This document shows positions 1 to 9,882 of a stretch of 64,000 nucleotides of DNA, piece by piece. The notes below the pieces were generated by a model. It ran no database searches and had not been told where the DNA came from. It worked only from the letters and a program-made list of their open reading frames with translations. The position numbers and the translations under genes are program-made. The stretch is from Candidatus Marinacidobacterium sp. (GTDB lineage Bacteria > Acidobacteriota > Vicinamibacteria > Marinacidobacterales > Marinacidobacteraceae): the NCBI GenBank assembly GCA_965204755.1, contig OZ242011.1, forward strand, positions 3,712,001 to 3,776,000, in the 5' to 3' direction. Within the stretch, counting starts at the first letter, position 1, and each line of letters starts with the position of its first letter.

Positions 1-1473
1 GCCGGGCGCGAGGATCTCCTCGGTCGGGGAGAGCACGAGCCTCGCCGGCGCGGCGGCGGAGGGCGGAGGCGCCGGCGGTTCGGGAGCGGGGGCGGCGGCT
101 TCCGCGCGGCGTTCGCCGATCGCGTAGAGGTGGGCGCTCGACACCAGGTAAACGACGCCGTCGCTGACCGCCGCCGAGGCGTAGATCTCCTCCGGCGCCT
201 CCTCGGTCCCGAGGAGATCGTCGTCGAGAACCTCCACCCCGTCCTCGCCGGGCCTCAGGATGAAGAACCGCCCGTTCACGGTGCCCACATACAGGTTCCC
301 GTCCGCGAGCACCGGGGAGGCGCGCTGGATCGTGCCCAGGTTCCTCGTCCACAGCCGGGAGGCGTCTTCCGCGTGGAAGGCGCCCAGGTTCGCGCTGTTG
401 TCCATCCAGTAGATCCGCTCCCCGTCGGTGACCCCGGAGGAGTAGCCGCCCAGGAAGCCGGGGATTCGCCACCGCGCCGCCTCCGGTTCGACGAGGCCGG
501 AGGAGGCGGCGTCGAGCCCGGCGAGCAGGCCCATGACCGAGGAATCGATGTTCTCTTCGCCGTGGCTCACGACGACCAGGTCGCCGATCACCAGCGCGCC
601 GCTGTTCACGCCGCGCTTGCTCATGGGGAACCGCCAGATCGAAGCGCCGGTCGAAGGTTCGAGGGCGTGGAACGCGCCGTCCCCGCCGCCGACGAGCAGG
701 GTCCGGCGGCCGTTCAGGTTCCGGACCGACGGGGGCGAGTAGGTGGTGTCGAAGGGACGCTCGCCGGGGGAACTCAGCCAGCGCAGCCGACCGGTGCGCT
801 TGTCGAAGGCGAAGAACCGGTGGCGGCCCGGCGCGTGCGCGCCCCAGAGCGAACTCACGCCGCTCAGGATCACCAAGTCGTCCACCACGGTAGGCGACGG
901 GGTCCGCCCGCCGTAGGTGGCGACATAGCCGAGTTCCTCGGGGAGGGAGCGCGACCAGCGGACTTCGCCGTCCGCCGCGTCCAGGGCCAGCAGTTCCCCG
1001 CCGACGGTGAAGTAGAAGACCGTCCCGGTCTCGGCGTCGGCGGCGGGAGAGGACCATCCCACCCGGTGGGGAGGGGAGTCGGCGTGGAAGATGTTCCGGC
1101 GCACGGTCCAGAGCGCCTCGCCCGTCGCGGCGTCCAGCGCGGCGAGTTGCGACTGGCGGGTCGCCTCCTGCCCCGAACCGCTCTGGAGGAACAGTCGGCC
1201 GCCCAGGACGACCGGGGTGGAGCGGCCCCCGAAGGGGACCCGGAAGAGGAGGTTGTCGCCCTCGGGCGACCAGGACCGCGGAAGGCCCGTTTCTTCCGAC
1301 CGCCCGTCACCCGACGGGCCGCGCGCCTCCGGCCAGTCTGCCGCCGCCGGAGAGGCGGTGGCCGCCAACGCCGCGGCGAGCGGGAACCCCCGCAGGCTCC
1401 GCCGCCGGCGTCGGTGAGCGGGGACCCGAGCCCCCCCCGTGGCGCCGGTCGGCGAAGATGCGCCTCCGGTCAC
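1..1473 (-). CDS. Secreted PQQ-binding-like beta-propeller repeat protein (partial, runs off left edge)
   Basis: Manual minus-strand translation from GTG at 1473: basic/hydrophobic signal then AAADWPEARGPSGDGRSEETGLPRSWSPEGDNLL, matching the DWPxxRGP start of the neighbouring paralogues. Not in the ORF track; start codon tentative. Confidence 0.8.
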   Translation of the reverse strand, partial: MTGGASSPTGATGGARVPAHRRRRRSLRGFPLAAALAATASPAAADWPEARGPSGDGRSEETGLPRSWSPEGDNLLFRVPFGGRSTPVVLGGRLFLQSGSGQEATRQSQLAALDAATGEALWTVRRNIFHADSPPHRVGWSSPAADAETGTVFYFTVGGELLALDAADGEVRWSRSLPEELGYVATYGGRTPSPTVVDDLVILSGVSSLWGAHAPGRHRFFAFDKRTGRLRWLSSPGERPFDTTYSPPSVRNLNGRRTLLVGGGDGAFHALEPSTGASIWRFPMSKRGVNSGALVIGDLVVVSHGEENIDSSVMGLLAGLDAASSGLVEPEAARWRIPGFLGGYSSGVTDGERIYWMDNSANLGAFHAEDASRLWTRNLGTIQRASPVLADGNLYVGTVNGRFFILRPGEDGVEVLDDDLLGTEEAPEEIYASAAVSDGVVYLVSSAHLYAIGERRAEAAAPAPEPPAPPPSAAAPARLVLSPTEEILAPG

Positions 1474-1780
1474 GATGTCGGGTCGAGGGGGGCTGAGGGA
1501 GCCGTTTCGGATGCGTCGGCGGTCAGGTCGATCGTGGCCGGGCGCGGCGACGGAACGGCCGGGGGGCGCCCCCCGACTCGAGCCCGGTCGTCCGGGATTT
1601 TATGCGGACCGCCGCGCCGGAGCCGGAGCGGGCCGCGGCTCCCGAGTCCGATCTCCGACGGCCCGACCGGGGGACACCTGCCCGCGGGCCGCGGTCTCCG
1701 GCACAATACGCCACCACGGACTCCGCCGGGCCGGCGCTTCGACTCCCCTTCGAAGTCGGGCCCGCGGAGGGCCGCCTTCC

Positions 1781-3166
1781 ATGTCCCTCGTTCCTCGGCT
1801 CCTCGGCGCCGGCGGGCTCGCGGCGGCCCTCGCCGCCGGGGCCGCGGCGGCTGCCGGGGAGGAGGGCCGGGGCTGGCCGGGTTGGCGCGGGCCCGACGGG
1901 AACGGACTTTCGGAGGGCGCCGGCCTGCCGGTCCGGTTCGCCGCGGACGAGACGCTGCTCTTCCGGGCGCCGGCGCCGGGGCGGGGGCACTCGTCCCCGG
2001 TGGTGCGGGACGGGCGGGTTTTCCTGACCGCGGCCGTCGCCGGGGAGGTGATCCCGGGGCACGAGCCTCCGGTGCATGTCCGCGGCGGCGAGGTGTACCT
2101 CCATCCGGCGAGCGTGGCGGGAACGCGGCGGCATCGGCTGCTCGCGCTCGCCTACGACGCCGAGACCGGCGAGGAACTCTGGCGGCGGACCGTGCGCGAC
2201 GGCCCGGTGTACGACAACCGCCATCGCGGGAACACCTACGCCTCGCCGACCCCGCTCGCCGACGGCGAACGGGTGGTGTTCTTCTTCGGCTCGGAAGGGT
2301 TGTACGCCTTCTCCCCGGACGGGGAACCGCTTTGGGAACAGGACCTCGGCGACTTCGGCGTCTGGGGTCTCGGGCACGGGATCTCGCCGGTGCTCCACGG
2401 CGAACTCCTGATCCTGGTCTGCGACGACGACGACCGCGGGGAGAACGCCTTCCTGGCCGCCGTGGACCGCCGGACCGGGGAGGTCGTCTGGAAGACGCCG
2501 CGGCAGGTCCGGAAGAGTTGGGCGACTCCGGCGTTCGCAACGGTGGACGGCCGGGTGCAACTCGTGGTCTCCAGTTACGACCGGATCGCCGGTTACGAAC
2601 CGGAGACCGGCGTCGAGTTGTGGAGGACCCCGGGCTTCGAGTCGAACGCCATCCACACCCCGCTCCACGCCGAGATCGGCGGCGAGTCGCTGGTCTTCGC
2701 CTCGACCGGTTACCCGAAGAAGGAGATGCGGGCGCTCCGGCTCGACCCGACCGGCGCGGCCGCCGAGACCGCCTGGACTTACGGGCGGGGGACCGGATAC
2801 CTGCCGTCGGCGCTCCTCTACCGGGGCGTCCTGTTCCTGGTCTCCGACGGCGGGATCGTCACCGCGCTCGATCCGGCGAGCGGCGAAGAGGTGTTTCGCG
2901 GCCGGCCGCGCGCGCCGGGGCGGTACCACGCCTCGCCGGTGGGGTACGAGGGGATGGTGCTCATCGCCAGCATCGAGGGTGCGCTCACCGTGTTCCGCGC
3001 CGGCCGGCGCTTCGAGATCGTGGCCGAGAGTTCGCTTCCGGATTCCTTCTGGGCGTCTCCGGCGATCGCCGGCGGGACGATCTACCTGCGGGGAGAGTCC
3101 ACCCTGTACGGCTTCCGCGATCCCGCCGGCCCGACCGCGCCGGTCTCACCGAACGAAGATCGATGA
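1781..3166 (+). CDS. Secreted PQQ-binding-like beta-propeller repeat protein
   Basis: GGAGG RBS then ATG 1781; signal peptide; GWPGWRGPDGNG, GHSSPVV, YASPTP, SWATP, YHASPV, FWASPAI blade motifs. Confidence 0.85.
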   Translation: MSLVPRLLGAGGLAAALAAGAAAAAGEEGRGWPGWRGPDGNGLSEGAGLPVRFAADETLLFRAPAPGRGHSSPVVRDGRVFLTAAVAGEVIPGHEPPVHVRGGEVYLHPASVAGTRRHRLLALAYDAETGEELWRRTVRDGPVYDNRHRGNTYASPTPLADGERVVFFFGSEGLYAFSPDGEPLWEQDLGDFGVWGLGHGISPVLHGELLILVCDDDDRGENAFLAAVDRRTGEVVWKTPRQVRKSWATPAFATVDGRVQLVVSSYDRIAGYEPETGVELWRTPGFESNAIHTPLHAEIGGESLVFASTGYPKKEMRALRLDPTGAAAETAWTYGRGTGYLPSALLYRGVLFLVSDGGIVTALDPASGEEVFRGRPRAPGRYHASPVGYEGMVLIASIEGALTVFRAGRRFEIVAESSLPDSFWASPAIAGGTIYLRGESTLYGFRDPAGPTAPVSPNEDR

Positions 3167-3279
3167 ATCGAGGCGGGGCGACGGCGGCGTGGGCCGCCGG
3201 CCCGACCGCCTCGGCCCGGATCTCGCTCCACCGGACTTCACCCGGCCGCCTCGGCGCGGCCCGCATCGAGGAGGACACC

Positions 3280-5190
3280 ATGCGCTCGTCCGCCCGCCGC
3301 CGCTCCGCCCTGGCGCTCTGCTCGGCGGTTTGGCTCTCCCTCCCTTGGGGTTGCTCCGCGCCCCCCGAGGACGGCCCCCGCGAAGTCACGCGTTACGACG
3401 CGACGACCTTCTTCGAAACGGAGACCGTGTTCGGCGCTTCGTTCTCCGCCGACGGCTCGAAACTCCTCATGACTTCCGACCGCACCGGCGTGCTGAACGC
3501 GTACGCGCAGCCGGTGGACGGCGGGCCGCCCGAGCGGATCACCTTCTCGGAGACCGACGCCGCGATCGCGCGGGCGTTCTTCCCCGAGGACGACCGGATC
3601 GTCTATACGGCGGACGAAGGCGGCAACGAACTCACCCATGTGTATGTCACGGAGGCGGGGGGCGAGCCGCGCGACCTGACTCCCGGCGAAGGGTTGCGGG
3701 CGGTGTTCCGCCGGTTCAGTCGGGACGGGGAGACCCTGTTCCTCACCACGAACGAGCGCGACCCGCAGGCGGACGACCTCTACGCCTACGACACGGACGA
3801 CTTCGAGCGCCGGATGGTGTTCGAAAACCCCGGCGAGTTCTCCCTCGGGCCGGTCAGCGGCGACGGCCGGTACCTGGCTCTCCAACGGTCCAGGACGAAC
3901 GCCGACGGCGACCTCTTCCTGGCCGACCTCGCGGACGGCGGCGAACCCGAGCACATCACGCCGCATGAAGGTGACGCCTCCTACGCCCCTTTCGCGTTCG
4001 CGCCGGACGACCGGCGGCTCGCCTACGGGACCGACGCCCACGGCGAGTTCCAGCAGGCTTGGATCTACGACCCGGAGACGAACGAGCACGATCTCCTGAT
4101 CGCCGCCGAATGGGATGTCTGGACGGTCTCCTGGTCGCGCGGCGGCCGGTACCGCCTGAGCGCGTTGAACCGGGATGCGTCCACCGAGATCACGATCCTG
4201 GATACGGAGTCCGGCCGGCCGCTCGACTTCCCGGAGATCACCGGCGACCTCACCGGGGCGTTCGTTTCGCGGCAGGAAACCCGTCTCGCGTTCAGCGTGG
4301 ACAGCGATTCGTCGCCGGCGAACCTGCATGTGCTGGAACTCGAGACCGGGGAGATGCGCCGGCTCACGGATTCGCTGAACCCGGCAGTGGCGCGCGAGGA
4401 CCTCGTGGAAGGCGAAGTCGTCCGCTATCCGAGTTTCGACGGCCTGGAGATTCCGGGAATCCTCTACCGCCCGCATCCGGCTTCGGCCGAGGCGCCGGTC
4501 CCGGCGCTGGTGTGGGTGCATGGCGGCCCGGGCGGTCAGAGCCGGCACGGATACCGCGCCCAGATCCAGCACCTGGTGAACCACGGGTATGCGGTGTTCG
4601 CGGTGAACAACCGGGGTTCGACCGGCTACGGAAAGACCTTCTTCCATCTCGACGACCGCCGCCACGGCGATGTGGATCTCAAGGACTGCGTCGAGGCGCG
4701 GCGCTACCTGGCGGCGCTCGACTGGGTGGACGGGGAGCGCATCGGGATCATCGGGGGCAGTTACGGCGGTTACATGGTGGCGGCGGCGCTCGCCTTCGAA
4801 CCGGAAGTCTTCGCCGTGGGAGTGAACATCTTCGGCGTGACGAACTGGGTCCGCACGCTGTCCAGCATTCCCCCCTGGTGGGGGCCGATGCGCGACGCGC
4901 TCTACGCCGAACTCGGCGACCCCGAAACCGACCTGGAGCGCTTGACGGCGATTTCTCCGCTCTTCCACGCGGAGAACATCGTTCGTCCGATGTATGTGGC
5001 GCAGGGCGCGAACGATCCCCGCGTCCTGCAGGTGGAGAGCGACGAGATCGTGGAGGCGGTGCGAGAGAACGGCGTTCCGGTGGACTACGCGATCTTCCCC
5101 GACGAGGGGCACGGCTTCCGCCGGCGCGAGAACCGGATCGAGAACTCCGACCGCATCGTCCGGTTCCTGGAAACCCACCTGCGCGAATGA
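3280..5190 (+). CDS. S9 family (prolyl oligopeptidase/acylaminoacyl peptidase-like) peptidase, probable lipoprotein
   Basis: GAGGAGG RBS before ATG 3280; LPWGC lipobox-like; N-terminal propeller; VHGGPG, nucleophile GGSYGG, GANDPRV (Asp), DEGHGF (His). Confidence 0.92.
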   Translation: MRSSARRRSALALCSAVWLSLPWGCSAPPEDGPREVTRYDATTFFETETVFGASFSADGSKLLMTSDRTGVLNAYAQPVDGGPPERITFSETDAAIARAFFPEDDRIVYTADEGGNELTHVYVTEAGGEPRDLTPGEGLRAVFRRFSRDGETLFLTTNERDPQADDLYAYDTDDFERRMVFENPGEFSLGPVSGDGRYLALQRSRTNADGDLFLADLADGGEPEHITPHEGDASYAPFAFAPDDRRLAYGTDAHGEFQQAWIYDPETNEHDLLIAAEWDVWTVSWSRGGRYRLSALNRDASTEITILDTESGRPLDFPEITGDLTGAFVSRQETRLAFSVDSDSSPANLHVLELETGEMRRLTDSLNPAVAREDLVEGEVVRYPSFDGLEIPGILYRPHPASAEAPVPALVWVHGGPGGQSRHGYRAQIQHLVNHGYAVFAVNNRGSTGYGKTFFHLDDRRHGDVDLKDCVEARRYLAALDWVDGERIGIIGGSYGGYMVAAALAFEPEVFAVGVNIFGVTNWVRTLSSIPPWWGPMRDALYAELGDPETDLERLTAISPLFHAENIVRPMYVAQGANDPRVLQVESDEIVEAVRENGVPVDYAIFPDEGHGFRRRENRIENSDRIVRFLETHLRE

Positions 5191-6683
5191 GCCGGCCGCC
5201 GCCTTCTCCGCGGTTCCTCGCGGCAGCCTTCCTGGCCGGCGCCGTCTTCGCCGGGTCCGTCCCGGCGGAAGCGGAGTGGAACCGCTTCCGCGGCCCGAAC
5301 GGCGGCGGGATCGGGCCGGAGGGGGATCTTCCGACCGCGTTCGGCCCCGGGGAAGCGGTCGTGTTTCGCGCGCCGCTGCCGCCGGGGCACTCCTCGCCGA
5401 TCCTCGCCGGCGGACGGGTGCATGTGACCGGCTTTTCGGAGACGGAGTTCTTCACGATCGCGCTCGACCCGGACACCGGGGAAGAACTCTGGCGGGCCGC
5501 GGCGCGGCGGGATCGGATCATCGAAGTCGATTCCCGGAACAACGCCGCCTCGCCGAGCGTCGCGGCGGACGAGACCGCCGTTTACGCCTTCTTCCCGGAC
5601 CTCGGCCTCCTGGCCTACGACGCGGCCGGAACCGAACTCTGGCGCTCACCGCTCGGTCCGTTCGACAACCTGTATGGAATGGGCGCTTCGCCGATCCTGG
5701 CGGGAGACTTCGTGGTCCTCGTGCTCGACCAGAAACTCGATTCGGAGATCGTGGCCTTCGATCGTGCGACCGGCGCCGTTCGCTGGCGGACCGACCGCCC
5801 GGAGGCGAGCAGCGGCCACTCGACGCCGATCCTGCGGCGGACCGGCGAGGGGCTCGAAGTCATCGCCCCCGGGAGTTTCCGGGTGACCGCGTACGGCCTC
5901 GAAGACGGCGCGCCCCGGTGGTGGGTGGACGGCCTTCCCTGGGAGATGAAGTCCACGCCGCTCCTCGACGGGGAAACGGTCTATGTGAACGGCTACGGCG
6001 CGCCCCTCAACCAGCCGGGGAACCGGCGCGAAGCGCCTTCGTTCGCCGACGCGCTGCGAACGATGGATCGGGACGGGGACCGCGCGATCGCCGAGGAGGA
6101 AGCGGAAGGGCATCCGGCGTCGTGGTTCGCCGTGATCGACCTCGGCAGCGACGGCTTGCTGGGGGAAGCGGATTGGAGTTACTACGAGTCCGTTCTCCGC
6201 TCGCAGAACGGCGTGCTCGCCATTCGGCCGGGCGGCCCCGGAGAGAGCGGCGACCTCACCGCGGAGAACACGCTGTGGAGTTATCGGCGGCGCGTGCCGC
6301 AACTCCCTTCGCCGCTCCTCTACGGCGGCGTGCTCTACCTGGTGAACGACGGCGGCATCGTCACCGCGCTCGACCCGGCGAGCGGCCGGCTCCTTTCGCA
6401 GAACCGGCTCGCGGGCGCGGTGGACGCCTACTACGCCTCCCCGGTCGCCGCCGACGGCAAGTTGTTCTTCGTCAGCGAACTGGGCATGGCGGTCGTGGCC
6501 CGCCCGCTCGAGCCCGGCGAGGAAGCCGCCGAACTCTCCGTCCTTCGGGTGAACCCGTTGGAAGAAGCCGTGTATGCGACGCCGGCGATCGCGCCGTCCC
6601 GTCTCTACATCCGCACCGTGGAGCATCTCTACGCCTTCGGCCGGGGCGCCGGGGCGGAACCGGCTGCGGCCGAGGAGGACTGA
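5187..6683 (+). CDS. Secreted PQQ-like beta-propeller protein with EF-hand-like insertion
   Basis: ATGA overlap with the peptidase stop; signal peptide; EWNRFRGPNGGG, GHSSPIL, YYASPV; insertion with DRDGDRAIAEEE and DLGSDGLLGEAD loops. Confidence 0.85.
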   Translation: MSRPPPSPRFLAAAFLAGAVFAGSVPAEAEWNRFRGPNGGGIGPEGDLPTAFGPGEAVVFRAPLPPGHSSPILAGGRVHVTGFSETEFFTIALDPDTGEELWRAAARRDRIIEVDSRNNAASPSVAADETAVYAFFPDLGLLAYDAAGTELWRSPLGPFDNLYGMGASPILAGDFVVLVLDQKLDSEIVAFDRATGAVRWRTDRPEASSGHSTPILRRTGEGLEVIAPGSFRVTAYGLEDGAPRWWVDGLPWEMKSTPLLDGETVYVNGYGAPLNQPGNRREAPSFADALRTMDRDGDRAIAEEEAEGHPASWFAVIDLGSDGLLGEADWSYYESVLRSQNGVLAIRPGGPGESGDLTAENTLWSYRRRVPQLPSPLLYGGVLYLVNDGGIVTALDPASGRLLSQNRLAGAVDAYYASPVAADGKLFFVSELGMAVVARPLEPGEEAAELSVLRVNPLEEAVYATPAIAPSRLYIRTVEHLYAFGRGAGAEPAAAEED

Positions 6684-6690
6684 AACCCCG

Positions 6691-7527
6691 ATGGATTGCC
6701 GATATTGCGGGCAGCCGGCCGGCTTCCTGCGCACGAAACACCGGGAATGCGAAACCCGGCACGAGGACGCCGTCGCGGAAGCGGTCCGCCTGGTGCAGCG
6801 CGCCGCCTGCGACGGGAAGCGATGGCCGGATGTCCGGGGCGCGGTGAAGCGGGTCATGACCGCCGGCTCGGTGGACGACGGGGAACTCACCGGCATCGTC
6901 GTCCGCGGCGTGGTCGCGGCGGAAGCGGAGGTGCTCGACGACCACCTCCTCGACGAAACGGAAGAGGCGCATGTTTTCGGGTTCATGGATTCCCTGGAGG
7001 AATCCGGCCTCAAGAACGCGGACCTGGATCGACTTCGCGAGCGCCTCGGGCGGGCGTCGGTGCTGCGGATGGTGGTCCACGGCGAGAACCCGGCCGCCCG
7101 ACAGGGTCTTCGGCGGTATCCCGGATTCCAGTTCATGAAGTCCGAGGCCCCGATCTGGATGTTCGAGGGCGTGGCCTACGAGATCACCAAGACGCGGGTC
7201 CGCTACCGGGGCGGCAGCAGCGGGATGTCCGTCCGGGTGGCGCGCGGGGTCTATGTGCGCACCGGGGGATTCCGCGGCGAGCGCGAAGTGGAGGAGGAGC
7301 GGCACATCGTGGACGAAGGCGACCTGGTCATCACCACCAAGCATGTCTATTTCCGCGGCGGAAGCCACCGCTTCCGGGTGCGGCACGACCGGGTGGTCGG
7401 GTACGACCCGCTGCCCGACGGTTTCGAGTTGACCCGGGACCGGATGAACGCCCGCCCGGAGCGGTTCTATGTCGGCGACGGCTGGTTCGTCTACAACCTG
7501 TTGATGAACGCCCAGGACCTGGAATGA
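6691..7527 (+). CDS. Hypothetical protein (N-terminal CxxC...HxxC; C-terminal beta-rich, possibly PH-like domain)
   Basis: GAGGAGG upstream, ATG 6691: MDCRYCGQPAGFLRTKHREC; protein-like composition; stop overlaps next ATG. Confidence 0.75.
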   Translation: MDCRYCGQPAGFLRTKHRECETRHEDAVAEAVRLVQRAACDGKRWPDVRGAVKRVMTAGSVDDGELTGIVVRGVVAAEAEVLDDHLLDETEEAHVFGFMDSLEESGLKNADLDRLRERLGRASVLRMVVHGENPAARQGLRRYPGFQFMKSEAPIWMFEGVAYEITKTRVRYRGGSSGMSVRVARGVYVRTGGFRGEREVEEERHIVDEGDLVITTKHVYFRGGSHRFRVRHDRVVGYDPLPDGFELTRDRMNARPERFYVGDGWFVYNLLMNAQDLE

Positions 7528-9794
7528 ACCGGCTCGGCCGCTCGGCCGCCCGGCCCTTCGCGGCAACGCTCTTCGTCCTGCAGGTCGCGGGATCGGTCGG
7601 CGCCGCCTCCCCCCTCCAAGTGTCGGAGGCGGAGTCCGACGCCGGGGAGCGGTTGCGCCGGGCGGCGCAGGACGGCGACCGGGAGGCGGTTGCGGGACTG
7701 CTGGCCGCCGGCGCGCCGGTGGACGCGCCGAACCGCTACGGGGCCACCGCGCTCTTCTTCGCCGCCGACCGGGGGCAAGTGGAGATCGTGGAACTCCTCC
7801 TCGCCGCCGGCGCCGACCCCGATCGGGAGGATCGGTTCTACCGGATGACCGCGCTCTCCCGGGCCCGGGCGTCGGACCGCCGGGAAGTGGTCCTGCTGCT
7901 GCTCCGCCATGGGGCGGCGGGAGCGGGAGGGGCGCTCCGGCGCGCTGCGGGAGATGGTGATCTCGAAGTGCTCGCGGCGGCGGTCGCGAACGGGAAATTC
8001 GACGAAGAAGCGCTTCGGGACGCGCGGGAAGCGGCCGCCGGGAACGAGTCGGCGCTACGCCTGCTCGCAGACGCCGCCGCCCTCCCGGCGGCGCCGGCGG
8101 AAGTGGCCGCCGCCGATCTCGAACCGCTGGCCGGCCGGTACTGGCGGGAAGCCGCCGGAGAAGGCTACGAAGTCACCCGGCGCGGCGCCTCCCTGTTCGC
8201 GCGGCGGCGGGAGGCCTTCGGGGACGGCGAACGCCGGGCGGCGGGGCCGGAGATTCCCCTCGCCGTCGGCGCCGCCGCGCGAACCTTCACCGCGTCCTTG
8301 GGCGGCGGCGCCGGAGAGTCGCCCGAGGCTGCGCGGTTCGTGTTCGCCGGGCGCGGAGGCATGGTCGAACGGCTGGTGGTGGAACGCGGCGGGGACGCTG
8401 TCGCCTACGACCCCGAGGGCGAAGCGGAGAGCCGCGAACCGGCGCGGCCGGCGGAAGACGCCGCCCCGGCGGATCCCCCGGAAGCCGACCCGGCGCCGCT
8501 CGGCCCGCCGCGCCCCTGGCCGCAGTTCCGGGGCCCGGACGGGAGCGGGATCGCCGACGGGCAGGGCGCGCCGGTTCGCTGGGACGCCGCGGCGGGGCAG
8601 GGGATCCTCTGGGAAGCGCCCCTTCCGGGTCTCGGGGTTTCCAGCCCGATCATCTGGGGGGACCGGGTCTTCGCCCTCAGCGCGGCCAGCGCCGCCGACC
8701 GGGAGTTCCGCATCGGCCTCTACGGGGATGTGGCGCCGGTGGACGACGCCTCCGAGCACGAGTACGCGCTGTCGGCGTTCGACCTCCGGAGCGGGGAACC
8801 GGCCTGGACGACCCTGCTGCACCGCGGGGTTCCGCTCACCAGGCGGCACACCAAGTCCAGCCAGGCGAACGCCACCCCGGTGACCGACGGAGAGCGGATC
8901 GTCACCGTGCTGGGCAGCGCCGGGCTCCTCCTCTGCCACGACCTCGACGGGCGGCTGCTCTGGGAGCGGGAGATCGGGGCGCTGAACAGCGGCTGGTTCT
9001 ACGACCCGGGCTATTCCTGGGGACACTCCTCGTCGCCGGTGATCCACGAAGACACGGTGATCGTCCTGGCCGATATCCACGGGGACGCCTTCCTCGGGGC
9101 ATTCGCCCTGGCCGACGGCGAGCCGGTCTGGCGCGAGCCGAGGAACGAGGTGTCCACCTTCTCGACGCCGCTCGTCCACCGGGCGGCGGGCGCGGCGGAA
9201 GTGGTGGTGAACGGGACGACGATCGCCGGCTACGACGCGGCGAGCGGGAAGGAGCGTTGGCGGCTGGCCCCGAACTCGGAAATCCCGATCGGCGTGCCGC
9301 TGCTCGGGGACGGGCTCCTCTATGTGCAGGCCGGCTATCCGCCGATCCGGCCGATCTACGCCATCCGCCCGGGAAACGAAGGCGATCTCAGCCTCGCCCC
9401 CGGAGAGAACCGAAGCGAGGCCATCGCCTGGAGCCACGCCCGGGGCGGGGTGTACATCCCGTCGCCGCTCTTCTACCGGGGCATCCTCTACCTGAACGCC
9501 AACAACGGCCGTCTCGCGGCGTACTCGGCCGAGACCGGGGAACGCCTCTACCGCGCGCGCCTCGGCGGGGTCGGCGGCTCCTACGCCGCCTCGCCGATCG
9601 CCGCCGACGGCCGGCTCTACTTCACCTCCGAGGAAGGGGACACCTTCGTGGTCCGGGCCGGGCCGGAGTACGCGCTCGTCGGCGAGAACACGGTGGACCG
9701 GATCGTGATGGCGACGCCGGCGGTGAGCGCCGGCGTGATGGCCCTCCGGGCCATAGACCGCCTCTACGGGATCGGCGGCGAAGACCCTCCCTGA
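7524..9794 (+). CDS. Ankyrin-repeat + PQQ-like beta-propeller fusion protein, secreted
   Basis: ATGA overlap; signal peptide; ankyrin repeats (YGATALFFAADRGQVEIVELLLAAGADPD); then PWPQFRGPDGSG and blade motifs (SSPIIWGD, YAASPI). Confidence 0.85.
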   Translation: MNRLGRSAARPFAATLFVLQVAGSVGAASPLQVSEAESDAGERLRRAAQDGDREAVAGLLAAGAPVDAPNRYGATALFFAADRGQVEIVELLLAAGADPDREDRFYRMTALSRARASDRREVVLLLLRHGAAGAGGALRRAAGDGDLEVLAAAVANGKFDEEALRDAREAAAGNESALRLLADAAALPAAPAEVAAADLEPLAGRYWREAAGEGYEVTRRGASLFARRREAFGDGERRAAGPEIPLAVGAAARTFTASLGGGAGESPEAARFVFAGRGGMVERLVVERGGDAVAYDPEGEAESREPARPAEDAAPADPPEADPAPLGPPRPWPQFRGPDGSGIADGQGAPVRWDAAAGQGILWEAPLPGLGVSSPIIWGDRVFALSAASAADREFRIGLYGDVAPVDDASEHEYALSAFDLRSGEPAWTTLLHRGVPLTRRHTKSSQANATPVTDGERIVTVLGSAGLLLCHDLDGRLLWEREIGALNSGWFYDPGYSWGHSSSPVIHEDTVIVLADIHGDAFLGAFALADGEPVWREPRNEVSTFSTPLVHRAAGAAEVVVNGTTIAGYDAASGKERWRLAPNSEIPIGVPLLGDGLLYVQAGYPPIRPIYAIRPGNEGDLSLAPGENRSEAIAWSHARGGVYIPSPLFYRGILYLNANNGRLAAYSAETGERLYRARLGGVGGSYAASPIAADGRLYFTSEEGDTFVVRAGPEYALVGENTVDRIVMATPAVSAGVMALRAIDRLYGIGGEDPP

Positions 9795-9882
9795 AGGCCG
9801 GAGGCTCCTCCCGGCCGCCGCGGTCGGCCGGCGGGAGGGCGCTTCTACAATGAGCGGACGCGTTCCCGCGGGAGGTCCGCCC

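Noticed and set aside
130-3279. N-terminal 1050 aa of the 1686-aa ORF 130..5190
   Set aside because: Shadow of the minus-strand propeller gene and an alternate frame of 1781..3166; the real peptidase starts at the RBS-preceded ATG 3280.
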